Notes under the pieces: generated by a model
Told to the model about the DNA's origin: nothing
Database searches by the model: none
What the model saw: the letters and a program-made list of their open reading frames with translations, nothing else
Position numbers and translations under genes: made by a program
Shown: positions 1-11,194 of the stretch, piece after piece
Layout of the letters: the number at the start of each line of letters is the position of its first letter
Numbering within the stretch: the stretch's first letter is position 1
Assembly: GCF_004010195.1 (NCBI RefSeq)
Contig: NC_057750.1
Location: forward strand, 835,897-881,568
Direction: 5' to 3'
Length of the DNA: 45,672 nt
DNA from: Chiloscyllium plagiosum
Lineage: Eukaryota

Positions 1-730
1 CCGGGGACCCCCCCCCTGTAAGTACTAACACCTTTCCCCTCACTCCCTGGAATCCCTGTGCCACTCCAGCTGATTCCACAAGTGAATTGAAATGTTGCCC
101 TGCCCTTTTGGTTGCTTTTGACTGCTTTATACTGTGATGCCTATTGCAGGTGAACAGCTCCCAGACCTGAACCGAGGAAGCAAGCGGCCTATGACAGAGG
201 CATATTGACAGCCTGTGTGACAATCTCTGGTGTTCCCAAGTGTGGGAGAGAGTGACCCCACAATCTCACAATACGAAACCAATCCTCCCACTTCTTTCGG
301 GGGGGGGTCCTTGTAATACGGCTTATCCCAGCTGGCTGTACGTTTATTCACATTATCCTATGCATTTCAGATTCATGTAGCAGCACTGAATGTATTACTG
401 GCTAGGTGAGTCAGTAATCAAAAATGAAAATGCCTTCACCATCTAGGGTTTATTATAAACCAGGAATGATCACATGCCGTGCCATGATTGACAATTAATA
501 CAGTCTTAGGAGGCAAAGCTCAAGACTCACATGAAGTGAGCCCCCCCACAAATTCTGTTTCAATTGAAAATGACGCATGCTAAACACAATGGTTTTATAA
601 AATGCTTTTATTTAAAGCAACATTTACAATATGATTTAGAGACCGTCAAATCCCTTGAGGAGCTGCTTTGATAACATACCAAGGTGGAGCCATTGTGAGG
701 AAGGTCCATTGTGCATTTATATAGAACTGT

Positions 731-1036
731 GGGGTGGCACGGTGGCTCAGTGGTTAGCACTGCTGCCTCACAGCGCCAGGGACCCAGGCTCAATTCCTGC
801 CTCGGGTGACTGTCTGTGTGGAGTTTGGGCATTCTCCCCATGTCTGCGTGGGTTTCCTTCGGTTTTCTCCCACAGTCCAAAGATGTGCAGGTTAGGTGAA
901 TTGGCCATGCTAAATTGCCCGTAGTGTTAGGTGGAATAGTCAGGGGTAAATATAGGGGGATGGGTTGCTCTTCAGATGGTTGGTGTGGACTTGTTGGGCT
1001 GAAGGATCTGTTTCCACACTGTAGGTAATCTAATCT
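731..1036 (+). mobile_element. HE1-type tRNA-derived SINE, full length
   Basis: GGCACGGTGGCTCAGTGGTTAGCACTGCTGCCTCACAGC head (A box), GCTCAATTCC (B box), V-domain-like TCTGCGTGGGTTTCC, tail TTCCACACTGTAGGTAATCTAATCT; matches other copies in the window. Confidence 0.9.
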
Positions 1037-1134
1037 GATCCCATCTCCTTCAAGAAACCTCGTTTTTCTTCACAGAGGATGTGACATTCGGTAATTTGGA
1101 GGCAAACCCGATTTTTCTTCCAGAGCAGGATCCT

Positions 1135-1556
1135 ACATTTTGGGCTGAGTAGAGGGGAACTCTAGTCAATGGAATTTAGAAAAGTGAGGGGGATATTATA
1201 GAAACATAAAATGATGAAGGGAATAGATAGATAGGATAGAAACAGGGAGGCTGGGGGTTGAAACTAGAAGTAGAGGGCCTAGCCTCAAAATAAGGGGGGA
1301 TCGGGTTTAGGATGGAGTTGAGGAGGAAAGTGTTGTAAATCTGTGCAATTCTATGCCCAGTTGGGGCGACCTCCTTGAACGTTTTTAAGACAAAGATAGA
1401 TTTTTGACCAGTAAAGGAATGAAGGGTTATGGTGAGCGGGCGGTAAGTGGAGCTGAGTCCATGAAAAGGGGCCAGCCATGATCTTGTTGAATGGTGGAGC
1501 GGGCTGGAGGGGGCCAGATGGCCTACTCCTGCTCCCAATTCATATGTTCTCATGTA
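1135..1556 (+). mobile_element. CR1-clade LINE 3' fragment, decayed
   Basis: EFRKVRGDIIET-like ORF2 end; 3' UTR TGAATGGTGGAGC...GGCCTACTCCTGCTCC...TATGTTCT. Confidence 0.8.
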
Positions 1557-2013
1557 AACAGCTTAGAAATTAGAAACAGATTAGCAGCCAATCTTCTTTC
1601 AGGGCTCTGCCTTTGGGCAGCGATGTTTTTCCAGGATGAGGGGATAATTCTGTAACCTGACATTCAATCCAATAATCCCGCCAGCCCTCAATGTGGGACC
1701 GATAGATTTGGAGAGACTATTGCAGGTGGAAATGTCAATTCTCCCTCATCTCTGACAATTTGTTTGTTGCGTATTTATTCTTCCATGCAGGCCAGAGCTC
1801 AGCGTACTCACTTTTGGGATCATAAAAACATACAATTGCAGTTTGGCAGTACAGAACTTGGGTATTGTTGAAGAAAAGACATATTGTGTTGAGAAAAAAG
1901 CCTGACAATGAACTGTCAATCATCATTAACTGGTGCATCCTCCATTGCGATGCCTCTACCAATCAAAGTGCACTCGTCAACCAATCAGCCTTGTCGCCTG
2001 GTATAAATGATGG

Positions 2014-2259
2014 TTTCATTTAATCCCTGCCCTCCCCTTCACTGTTTGATCACACAGCATTGCCCTTTGATGTGAAGGGCACTGCTTTGTCACTGGTCAC
2101 TTGGGTGTTTCCTTTCTTCCTGGTTGTGGAAATCGAATAAAGATTTGTGCACCTTGTGTCTTTCACTGTGTCCCACACCTGCACACACACAACATGGGTG
2201 CTGGGGGATAAAATAAGCACTAAAATAAAAAAAAGAATAAAGAGAAAAAAAGAAAAAAA
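2014..2259 (+). mobile_element. 5'-truncated poly(A)-tailed retroposon 3' end (L1/Tx1-like) with 9-bp TSD
   Basis: AATAAA signals, A-rich tail at 2222-2259, flanking direct repeat AAATGATGG at 2005-2013 and 2260-2268. Confidence 0.6.
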
Positions 2260-2696
2260 AAATGATGGCGAATTGTCCAGATGAGTGCAAGACAAAGAGT
2301 TTTGAAGAGGTGTGTCTTACTTACAGCAGTAATCCTGGGATTAGAGGCCATTCAGATAATGTTCACTCTCATCTCTGGGCTGCGCACATGAAGCTACTCC
2401 CATTTATGGCACTCAGCATTGGCACACCGATTGTAGCATTGACCTCTGATTCCCAGGTTGCTGCTGTGACTTTGGGGACCCATGGGGCAGGACAGAAAAC
2501 GAGAGGGAACGCCACACTCAGTCTATCAGCTCTCCCCAAGAGCGATTCACCTTGTCAGCTCCTCTGTTGTTTTCTCAATGCCTCGCAAAAACTTCCTCTG
2601 CACGCCCAACTCCCACTGACGGCCTTGAGGGAGCTGCTCATAGTCTCAGGCAATGCATTCCCGACCCTAACCACTCACTACACTCTAAAGATTTTC

Positions 2697-2930
2697 TTAA
2701 ACACAACAGAAATCACTGGAAAAGCTCAGCAGGTCTGGCAGCATTTGGGGAGAGAAATCAGAGTTAAGGTTTCGGGTGATTTGATGGTAGGGTCAGGTTC
2801 TGAGGATGGGTCACTCGACCCGAAACATTAACTCTGATTTCTATCCACTGATAATGCCAGACCTGCTGAGTTTTTCCAGCAAATTCAGTTTTTATTTCTG
2901 ATTTACAGCATCAGCAGTTCTTTCAGTTTT
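2697..2930. mobile_element. PLE-derived hairpin mini-element carrying a hammerhead motif
   Basis: Inverted arms CTGGAAAAGCTCAGCAGGTCTGGCA / TGCCAGACCTGCTGAGTTTTTCCAG; hammerhead motif at 2796-2833. Confidence 0.7.
2796..2833 (+). ncRNA. Minimal type I hammerhead ribozyme motif (PLE-associated)
   Basis: GGTT-CTGAGGA-T-GGGTC-ACTC-GACCC-GAAAC-ATT-AACT; helices I and II can pair. Confidence 0.65.
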
Positions 2931-3019
2931 TAAAGATTAACTTTTCTTCCCCAATTACCTGAAATCAAATTCCACTGGCTCATGACCCATCCACCAATGT
3001 GAACGGTCTCATAGACATT

Positions 3020-3140
3020 CAGAAACATAGAGAATAGAAGCAGGAGGAGGCCATTTGGCCCCTCGAGTGTGCTTCCCCAGTCAGTCCCCTGCTTCCACTT
3101 TCCCACATTAACGTCTAATCCCTTTAGCCCGAATAGCTCC
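3020..3140 (-). mobile_element. CR1 3' tail fragment
   Basis: AGAAACATAGAGAATAGAAGCAGGAGGAGGCCATTTGGCCCCTCGAG, the reverse complement of the CR1 3' stem-loop and microsatellite tail. Confidence 0.65.
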
Positions 3141-3779
3141 AAATCCTTTGCTGGGTGTGTTTTTACAGAAACACTTGCAGCCTCAGTGTGAAAGTGTGCA
3201 CTCCCCTATTGAATATCCCGAACATTAATGGTTAGAAATATTTTGAAAAATTACAGGTTGCAATCTAATGAACAGATTCAAACATTTCACAAAGCAGCGG
3301 GATCTTATATCCTTCTGGCTTATAACATGATCGAAGCCCCCGTCGATGGTCTAATTGATAGGAAGCTTAGAGAGGAAGAGCCTGCTTTGTCCCGAATTAG
3401 ATGATTTCAGTCAAAGCTCTGAACGGTGTCAGTTAGAATCTCCCCTGGAGCCTCCCCTTGTTTAATCCATTAACATTACACAGCTCTGGGATTGAACTTT
3501 GAGGTTGTCCAGCACTTTACTCAGTGAATGAGTCACTGATTTATCATGGGATCTTTCTTGATCCATTTTATACAGCCATGAAGCCCAGTAAAAATCAATA
3601 AGATTTTATACAAAATCCTGCCCGTCCTTCCTGCTTTCTCTGTTTCTCTGGCGATAAAGTTGTATAATTCAAACAATGAGTTATGGTGGAAATATTAGGC
3701 TGATATTGATAACACAATGATCAAACCAAGATTGAACAACTGGCTCAGTCCATCTGTTTGGGACCTGAACCAAGAGTGA

Positions 3780-4110
3780 CAGGCAGGAGGCTGGAAGAAC
3801 ACAGCAAGCTAGGCAGCACCAGGAGGTGGAGAAATCGACATTCCGAGTGTAACCCTTCTTCAGGACTAGGGGTGGATGTGGGGGGATCTGCAGAGAAAGG
3901 GGGTGGTGGTAGAGGCAGGGTGGTGAAGTGGGGATAGGTGATGACAGACCAATGGTATGACCTCTGAGGAGCCTCTGAGGTCATTTCAGATTAGTGTTGC
4001 TGAGGAATGGATTCCTGATGAAGGACTTTTGCCGAAACATTGATTTTTCCTGCTCCTCGGATGCTGCCTGACCTGCTGTGCTTTTCCAGCATTACTCTAA
4101 TCTTGACTCT
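3780..4110. mobile_element. Two opposed PLE terminal (pLTR) fragments with hammerhead motifs (3833-3866 minus; 4011-4045 plus)
   Basis: CTGATGAAGGACTTTTGCCGAAAC followed by GATGCTGCCTGACCTGCTGTGCTTTTCCAGC; opposite-strand degenerate CTGAAGAAGGGTTACACTCGGAATGTCG. Confidence 0.7.
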
Positions 4111-5835
4111 AGGTTGGAGAGAGGCAAGTGAACCTCTGTCTCACCTTGAAGGACTGTTTAGGGCCCTGGATGGAGGTGAGGGGGGTGATGTACCAGCAGG
4201 TTTTACATCTTTCAGGTTGCAGGTGAGGGTACCTGGCAGTTTGGAGGGGTCGATGGGGAGAGTTGCCCAAACCAAGACCGTCAATGGGAATGGTCCTTGC
4301 GGAAGGCAGAGAGGGGTGGGGAGGGGAAAATGTTCTTGGTGGTGGGGTCTAGTTGGAGTTGGCGGAAGTGTTTAAGGATGATGCGTTGGATGCGGAGACT
4401 GGTAGGGTGGTAGGTGAGAACAAGGGGGATTTTGTCTTTATTGCATTGGGGGGTTGAGCACAGCGGAACGGGGACTGGAGGTGGTGTGATGGACAGAGGG
4501 AGGAAAAGCATGTTGCTCGAAATAGGTGGACATCTGGAATGTTCCTGAGTGGAATGTCTCCTCATCCAAGCAGATGCGGCAGAGGAATTGGGAAAATGGG
4601 ATGGAATTCTGGCAGGATACTGGGTGGGAGGAGGTGTAGTCCAGATAGTTATAGGAATCTGTGGGTTTGTAGCAAAGGTCCGTCTGGAGACTGTGACCGG
4701 AGATGGAAATGGTGAGGTCAGGAAACGGGAGGGAGGTGTCCGAGATGGACCAAGTGAATTTGAGGGCGGGCTGGAGGTTGTGGGTGAATCAATGAACTGT
4801 TCCAGTTCAGCCTGAGTGCAAGACGCTGTACCGATGCAGTCATCGATGTAACAGTGGAAGAGTTGGGGCACAGTGCCTGTGTGGGTATTGAAGAGGGACT
4901 GTTCGATATAACTGACAAAGAGGCAGGCGTCGCTGGGGTTATTCTGGTTGCCCATGGCCAGCCCCTGGATTTGGCCGAAATGGGAGGAGTTAAAGGAAAA
5001 GTTATTGAGGGTGAGTACCAGTTCAGCGTGGCGGAGGAGGATATTGGTGGAGGGGGACTGGTTGGGTCTATTGGAGAGGAAGAAACTGAGGGACTGGAGG
5101 CCATCCTTGTGGGGTATGGACATATATAAGGACTGCACATCCACAGTGAAGGTAAAGCACTGGGGGCCAGAGCACTGGAAGTTGCTGAAGAGATGAAGAA
5201 TGTAGTTGGTATCACAGATATAGGTGGGATGTTCTGAACCAAGGGGGAGAGGATGGAGTCAGGATAGGACAAGATGAGTTTGGTGGAGTAGGAGCATGCC
5301 AAGATGATGAGTCGGCCAGAGTAGTTGGGCTTGTGGATCTTGGGGAGCAGGTAGAATCCTGGCAGAGTGGGGCTGGGGGACCCTGAGTTTGGAGGCTGAG
5401 GAGGGGAGATTACTGGAGACAATGAGGGTATGGACAATGTGGGTGATTTTGGCCTGATGGGCCACGGTGAGGTCATGGGCAGGGGAAGGAAGGACGTGGT
5501 GTCAGAGAGTTGGCATTCAGCTGTGCGACATAGAAGTCCGTTCCCCAGACTACCACTGCCCAACCTTTGTCAGCGGGGTTGATGAACACCGAGGGAGTGC
5601 TGCACGCTCGGACGGGGTGAGGTTGGAGTGGGTGAGTGGGGTTGAGAAATTGAGGCGGCTGATGTCACGTTAACAGTCTGCAACGAAGAGGCCTGGGGCG
5701 GGTACAAGACCAGTGGGTGGCGACCAAGTGGAGGAGGAAGGTTGGAGGTAGGCAAAGGGGTCCTCAGAGGGAGGTTGGGAGTTTTTGAAGAGGAAGCCAT
5801 GGAGGCAGAGGTGGCGGAATGGTGTGAACATGAGC
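4111..5835 (-). mobile_element. Penelope-like retroelement reverse transcriptase region, frameshifted and truncated before GIY-YIG
   Basis: ORF 4718-5563 has FYLLPKIHKP; ORF 4281-5144 has MDVQSLY, LVLTLNNFSFN, QIQGLAMG, YIDD and IPLVLTYHP, all PLE RT motifs. Confidence 0.9.
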
Positions 5836-5914
5836 CACAACAAAGATCATTACTTCATCACAATCTAATCCAGTGTTTCTGCTTGGTCAAATCTGAAACA
5901 AGAGGGAAGAACAT

Positions 5915-6225
5915 ATAAACCATCAGAACTCGGAGCAGGAGGAGGCCGTCTGTCCCTTCGAGCCCGCTCCACCATTCAATATGATCCTGGCTGATCTTTT
6001 CATGGACCCAGCTTCACTTACTCACCCTCTCGCCATATCCCTTAATATTTCAAAACAGTATCTACCTTATCTTTAAAAGCGATTACTGAAGTAGCGTCAA
6101 CTACTTGCCTGGGAAAGGAATTTCATTGATTAACGACCCTCTGGGTGAAGAGGTTCCTTCTCAGTTCAGTTCTAAGCCTGCTTCCTCTAAGCTTGAGGCC
6201 AGGCCCTCTTCTCCTGGTCTCAATT
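5915..6225 (-). mobile_element. CR1 LINE 3' fragment
   Basis: GGAGCAGGAGGAGGCCG...CCATTCAATATGATC and ACCCTCTGGGTGAAGA (FTQRV on the minus strand). Confidence 0.75.
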
Positions 6226-6772
6226 GGGAGCACACATACAGTTCAGAAACTCTCCAATTCTCAGCCTGGAGAAAGGAGTAAGTATGGTCTGGAGGGAATT
6301 CCAACAGTAATGTAGTTAAACAGGAGCCTCCCCTCCAGGGTCCAACAGTTTGCACTCTCGGTACCACTACCACTGGGGCATGACTTCTGAAGAGAAAATG
6401 AGATGTGGAGGGGGCCAATTGTAAACCTGGCGCCTGGGTTTTGGGAGCTGTTGTCTATCCTGCCCCTACTCACACAGACACTAGGAGGGTCCGATTACTG
6501 AACAGTCCACCATTTACCTTCAGCAGAAAGACTTCAGACAGTGGTGCTTCCCCCCAGCGCCTTGCTGGCAGCTGCTCCAGGCTTTAGTGTGTCCCTCAGC
6601 ACGTGGTCCTGGAACTAGGAATGTGTCAGTCTGCAACACCCGGTCAGGGTTAACTCCCTGCTCTGGAAGATCAACAAGTTTTGGTCAGACCAAAGAGCAT
6701 CTGTCACTGAGTTGGTGGACCCCCAGGCACAGTCAACATTTGTCTGAATGTGCCTCAGATGTATGTCAATAT

Positions 6773-7645
6773 AGGTAAAAACAAGGACTGCAGATGCTGG
6801 AAACCAGAGTCTCGATCAGAGTGGTGCTGGAAAAACACACCAAGGCAGGCAGCATCCGAGGAGCAGGAAAATCGACGTTTCAGGCAAAAGCCCTTCATCA
6901 GGAATACAGGCAGAGAGCCTGCAGGGTGGAGAGATAAATGAGAGGAGGGGTGAGGGTGGGGAGAGAGTAATGTAGAGTAGGGGTGGGGATGGACGTGATA
7001 GGTCAGGGAGGAGGGTGGAGTGGATAGGTGGAAAGGAAGATAGGCAGGNNNNNNNNNNNNNNNNNNNNNNNNNNNNNNNNNNNNNNNNNNNNNNNNNNNN
7101 NNNNNNNNNNNNNNNNNNNNNNNNNNNNNNNNNNNNGTGGATGTGCAGGTAAAACTTTGATGGATGTGGAAGGCTCCTTTAGGGCCTTGGATGGAGGTGA
7201 GGGAGGAGGTGTGGGCACAGGTTTTGCAATTCCTGCACTGGCAGGGGAAGGTGCCAGGACGGGAGGGTGGGTTGTTGGGGGGCGTGGACCTGACCAGGTA
7301 GTCACGAAGGGAACGGTCTTTGCGGAAGGCGAAAAGGGGTGGGGAGGGAAATATATCCCTAGTGGTGGGGTCCGTTTGGAGGTGGCGGAAATGTCGGTGG
7401 ATGACATGGTTTATGCAAAGGTTGGTAGGGTGAACGGTGAGCACTAGGGGGCTCTGTCCTTCACCCGCACCAATCAACCATGCCGCCCCGTGGCCCAACA
7501 TTTCAACTCCTTCTCCCACTCTGCCAAGGACATGCTGGTCCTGGGCCTCCTCCACCGCTGCTCCCTCACAAGGACAGAACCCTCCTGGTGCTCACCTTCC
7601 ACCCTACTAACCTTCGCATAAACCACATCATCTGACCACATTTCC
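6773..7645 (-). mobile_element. Rearranged PLE copy (pLTR with hammerhead, Cys-rich linker, inverted GIY-YIG pieces)
   Basis: ORF 6755-7555 has PLVLTVHP...AFRKDRSLRDYLVRS...GTFPCQCRNCKTC...QSFTCTS (Neptune-type Cys linker); 7462-7645 is in the opposite orientation; internal N gap. Confidence 0.85.
6870..6905 (-). ncRNA. Minimal hammerhead ribozyme motif, intact core
   Basis: Reverse complement ATTC-CTGATGA-A-GGGC-TTTT-GCCT-GAAAC-GTC-GATT. Confidence 0.7.
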
Positions 7646-7703
7646 TTTGGAAGGCAGCAGCCTAATTAGACCCACCCCTCGCCTCAGTTAGAAGGCAACA
7701 CTG

Positions 7704-7746
7704 AGGGATGTGTCTGGGGGATGTATCTGGGGGATGTGTCTCAGGG
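7704..7746. repeat. 13-bp G-rich minisatellite (GGGGATGTGTCTG), left part
   Basis: About 3 direct copies; continues after the CR1 insertion. Confidence 0.8.
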
Positions 7747-8731
7747 ATAGACAATAGACAATAGGTGCAGGAGTAGGCCATTCTGCCCTTCGAGCCTGCA
7801 CCACCGTTCATTATGATCATGGCTGATCATCCTCAATCAGTATCCTGTTCCTGCCTTATCTCCATAACCCTTGATTCCACTATCCTTGAGAGCTCTATCC
7901 AACTCTTTCTTAAATGAATCCAGAGACTGGGCCTCTACTGCCTTCTGGGGCAGAGCATTCCACAAACCCACTACTCTCTGGGTGAAGAAGTTTCTCCTCA
8001 TCGCTGTCCTAAATGACCTACCCCTTATTTTTAAGCTGAGTCCTCTGGTTCGGCACTCACCCATCAGCGGAAATATGTTTCCTGCCTCCAGAGTGTCCAA
8101 TCCTTTAATAATCTTATACATCTCAATCAGATCCCCTCTCAGTCTTCTAAACTCAAGGGTATACAAGCCTAGTCGCTCCAATCTTTCAACATATGATAGT
8201 CCCGCCATTCCAGGAATTGACCTCGTGAACCTACGCTGCACTCCCTCAATAGCCAGAGTGTCTTTCCTCAAATTTGGAGACTAGAACTACACACAATATT
8301 CCAGGTACGGTCTCATCAGAGCTCTGTACAGCTGCAGAAGGACCTCTTTGTTTCTATACTCAATCCCTCTTGTTATGAAGGCCAGCATGCTATTAGCCTT
8401 CTTCACTACCTGCTGTACCTGTATGCTTGCTTTCATTGACTGGTGTACAAGAACACCCAGATCTCTCTGTACTGCCCCTTTACATAAATTGATTCCATTG
8501 AGGTAGTAATCTGCCTTCCTGTTCTTGCCACCAAAGTGGATAACCATACATTTATCCACATTAAACTGCATCTGCCATGCATCTGTCCACTCACCTAACC
8601 TGTCCAGGTCACCCTGTAATCTCCTAACATCCTCCTCACATTTCACCCAGCCACCCAGCTTTGAATCATCAGCAAATTTGCTAATGTTACTATTAATACC
8701 ATCTTCTATATCATTAATATATATTATAAAA
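7747..8731 (-). mobile_element. Relatively young 5'-truncated CR1 LINE (ORF2 C-terminus and 3' tail)
   Basis: ORFs 8287-8646 and 7837-8271: LQGDLDRLGEW, QFNVDKC, RDLGV, RPYLEYCV, QRRFTR, RRLRGDLIE, FFTQRVVGLWNALP; (ATAGACA)n tail. Confidence 0.95.
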
Positions 8732-8732
8732 C

Positions 8733-9743
8733 GATGTGTCTGGGGGATGTGTCTGGGGGAGTTGTCTGGGGGATGTATCTGGGGAATGTGTCCGGGGGAT
8801 GTANNNNNNNNNNNNNNNNNNNNNNNNNNNNNNNNNNNNNNNNNNNNNNNNNNNNNNNNNNNNNNNNNNNNNNNNNNNNNNNNNNNNNNNNNNNNNNNNN
8901 NNNNNNNNNNNNNNNNNNNNNNNNNNNNNNNNNNNNNNNNNNNNNNNNNNNNNNNNNNNNNNNNNNNNNNNNNNNNNNNNNNNNNNNNNNNNNNNNNNNN
9001 NNNNNNNNNNNNNNNNNNNNNNNNNNNNNNNNNNNNNNNNNNNNNNNNNNNNNNNNNNNNNNNNNNNNNNNNNNNNNNNNNNNNNNNNNNNNNNNNNNNN
9101 NNNNNNNNNNNNNNNNNNNNNNNNNNNNNNNNNNNNNNNNNNNNNNNNNNNNNNNNNNNNNNNNNNNNNNNNNNNNNNNNNNNNNNNNNNNNNNNNNNNN
9201 NNNNNNNNNNNNNNNNNNNNNNNNNNNNNNNNNNNNNNNNNNNNNNNNNNNNNNNNNNNNNNNNNNNNNNNNNNNNNNNNNNNNNNNNNNNNNNNNNNNN
9301 NNNNNNNNNNNNNNNNNNNNNNNNNNNNNNNNNNNNNNNNNNNNNNNNNNNNNNNNNNNNNNNNNNNNNNNNNNNNNNNNNNNNNNNNNNNNNNNNNNNN
9401 NNNNNNNNNNNNNNNNNNNNNNNNNNNNNNNNNNNNNNNNNNNNNNNNNNNNNNNNNNNNNNNNNNNNNNNNNNNNNNNNNNNNNNNNNNNNNNNNNNNN
9501 NNNNNNNNNNNNNNNNNNNNNNNNNNNNNNNNNNNNNNNNNNNNNNNNNNNNNNNNNNNNNNNNNNNNNNNNNNNNNNNNNNNNNNNNNNNNNNNNNNNN
9601 NNNNNNNNNNNNNNNNNNNNNNNNNNNNNNNNNNNNNNNNNNNNNTGTGTCTGGGTGGTGAGTCTGGGGGATGTGTTTGGCAGTTTGTCTGGGGGATGTG
9701 TGTCTGGGGCGTGTGTCTGGGGGTGGGGGTGGGGGGGGGGGGA
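8733..9743. repeat. 13-bp G-rich minisatellite, right part, spanning assembly gap 8804-9645
   Basis: GGGGATGTGTCTG units on both sides of the gap, ending in a G run. Confidence 0.8.
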
Positions 9744-10444
9744 GGCGGAGAAATGGTTGAATTGTTCAGATGAGGAAAGACTGCAGCAGGAAATACCCAG
9801 ATCTCTTCCTCCCTCTTTAAAACGCTTTTGATGTTTTGGCACAAATGTGAAATTCGAGACTTTATTCACTGCTCGCTGAGCGAAACTGTAATTATCTGGG
9901 GAGTTGGCACTGTAAGTAGACTAATATTCCAGGATTTGTGCAGCATTAAATACATTGATAAAATATTCATCGTTTCAGGTTGATGTTTTGACAATATTTC
10001 TTCATCTCAATCGCAACGTAATGCCACTTAGAACAAGGAAGTGAGTTCATTATTTACTGAATGAACACCAGACTGAGTGTTAGACAGGGGAAAATGTGAG
10101 TAATTAGAATAAGGATGCATCATTAAGCAAATGAACATGTATCACCCAAAACTCATTGAATTACAGAATTTCCATTTTATTTGTCAAGAACAGATTGGTT
10201 CTTTTATTGATCACAAGACTGAATCGAGATAAAGGATGTCCTGAGGCTCCTCTTGATTGGCCCATTCTCCCACTCTTGCACTCAGCTGTTCCTGGTTTCA
10301 CCCACTATCATTGGCCAGCCATTCTGACGGCGATCACCCCCCACTCCTTCTCTGGTCTCACTGTGCATCACCCCTCCAAATCCTACAGCCACCCAGGCCC
10401 ATGTATTTCCTGCCTTCTGAACCTTTGTTCAATTTTGCATATTC

Positions 10445-10755
10445 AGAGTCACAGAGTCATAGAGATGTACAGGCCCCTTGGTCCAACTCGTCCATGCTGA
10501 TCAGATATCCCAACCCAATCTAGTCCCACCTGTTCTCTTAGAAAGTAGTGGATCTGTGGAACTTTATCACAGTGGGCTGCATCATTAAAGATATCTAAGC
10601 TCAGTCATACAGATTTTTAATCAGTAAAGGAGTCAAAGGATATGAGGAAAAGGCAGGAAAGTGGAATTGAGAATGATCAGATCAGCCATGGCCCTACTGA
10701 ATGGTGAAGCAGCTCGATGGGCCGAATGGCATATTTCAGCTCCTGTATTTTAAGG
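10445..10755. mobile_element. HER1-like tail (minus, 10445-10532) joined to a CR1 3' end (plus, 10533-10755)
   Basis: AGAGTCATAGAGATGTACAG...ATCTAGTCCCACCTG, then GAATGGTGAAGCAGCTCGATGGGCCGAATGG. Confidence 0.7.
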
Positions 10756-10880
10756 TCCTTACCTGGTCTGGCCTACATGTAATTCCAGACCCAAAGCAGT
10801 GTAACAGCCCTGACGAGACATTCAGTTATTCAGTTCAAAGGCAATAAATAATGGTCTTGCTGAGGTATCCCTACATTTCA
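10756..10880 (+). mobile_element. Ancient SINE fragment (MER131/Nin-domain-like)
   Basis: GTCCTTACCTGGTCTGGCCTACATGTAATTCCAGACCC, recognised from memory of the consensus; tail resembles the end of 19895-20366. Confidence 0.4.
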
Positions 10881-10887
10881 GGAAAGC

Positions 10888-11010
10888 AGCACAATGCCTC
10901 GATGGTTAGCACTGCCGCCTCATGGCACCAGAGACCTGGGTTCGATTCCACCCTTGGGTGACTATGTGGGATTTGCACATTCTGTCCTTGTCTGTGTGGG
11001 TTTCCACGAG
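10888..11010 (+). mobile_element. HE1 SINE 5' fragment
   Basis: TGGTTAGCACTGCCGCCTCATGGCACCAGAGACCTGGGTTCGATTCC. Confidence 0.8.
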
Positions 11011-11194
11011 CTCCCTCTGCATCACAATCTTCTGTTGCCTTGACCCTACTCACTGGAATGTCTCTCCTGACCCTCCTTCAACACAGACAATCTTCATTAT
11101 TCATCATATCCCCCTTCTCCATTTATCCTCTGTCTCAGTGTTTGTTTTCCACCAATGATGTGCTCTATGGATATCTGTGCCAAAACCAAACGCA

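Noticed and set aside
150..380. Selenoprotein-like UGA read-through frame, or a Pax2/5-like AAYDR C-terminus
   Set aside because: No SECIS or family similarity seen; the AAYDR match is only 5 residues, in a frame closed by a stop
608..924. Recurring ORFs such as GTVAQWLALLPHSARDPG and MDCGRKPEHPEETHADTG
   Set aside because: Translations of HE1 SINE copies, not genes
4281..5563. Functional telomerase-like or host RT gene
   Set aside because: PLE-type motifs with frameshifts and truncation indicate a dead retroelement copy
8525..9869. 345-381 aa ORFs
   Set aside because: They only span an N gap
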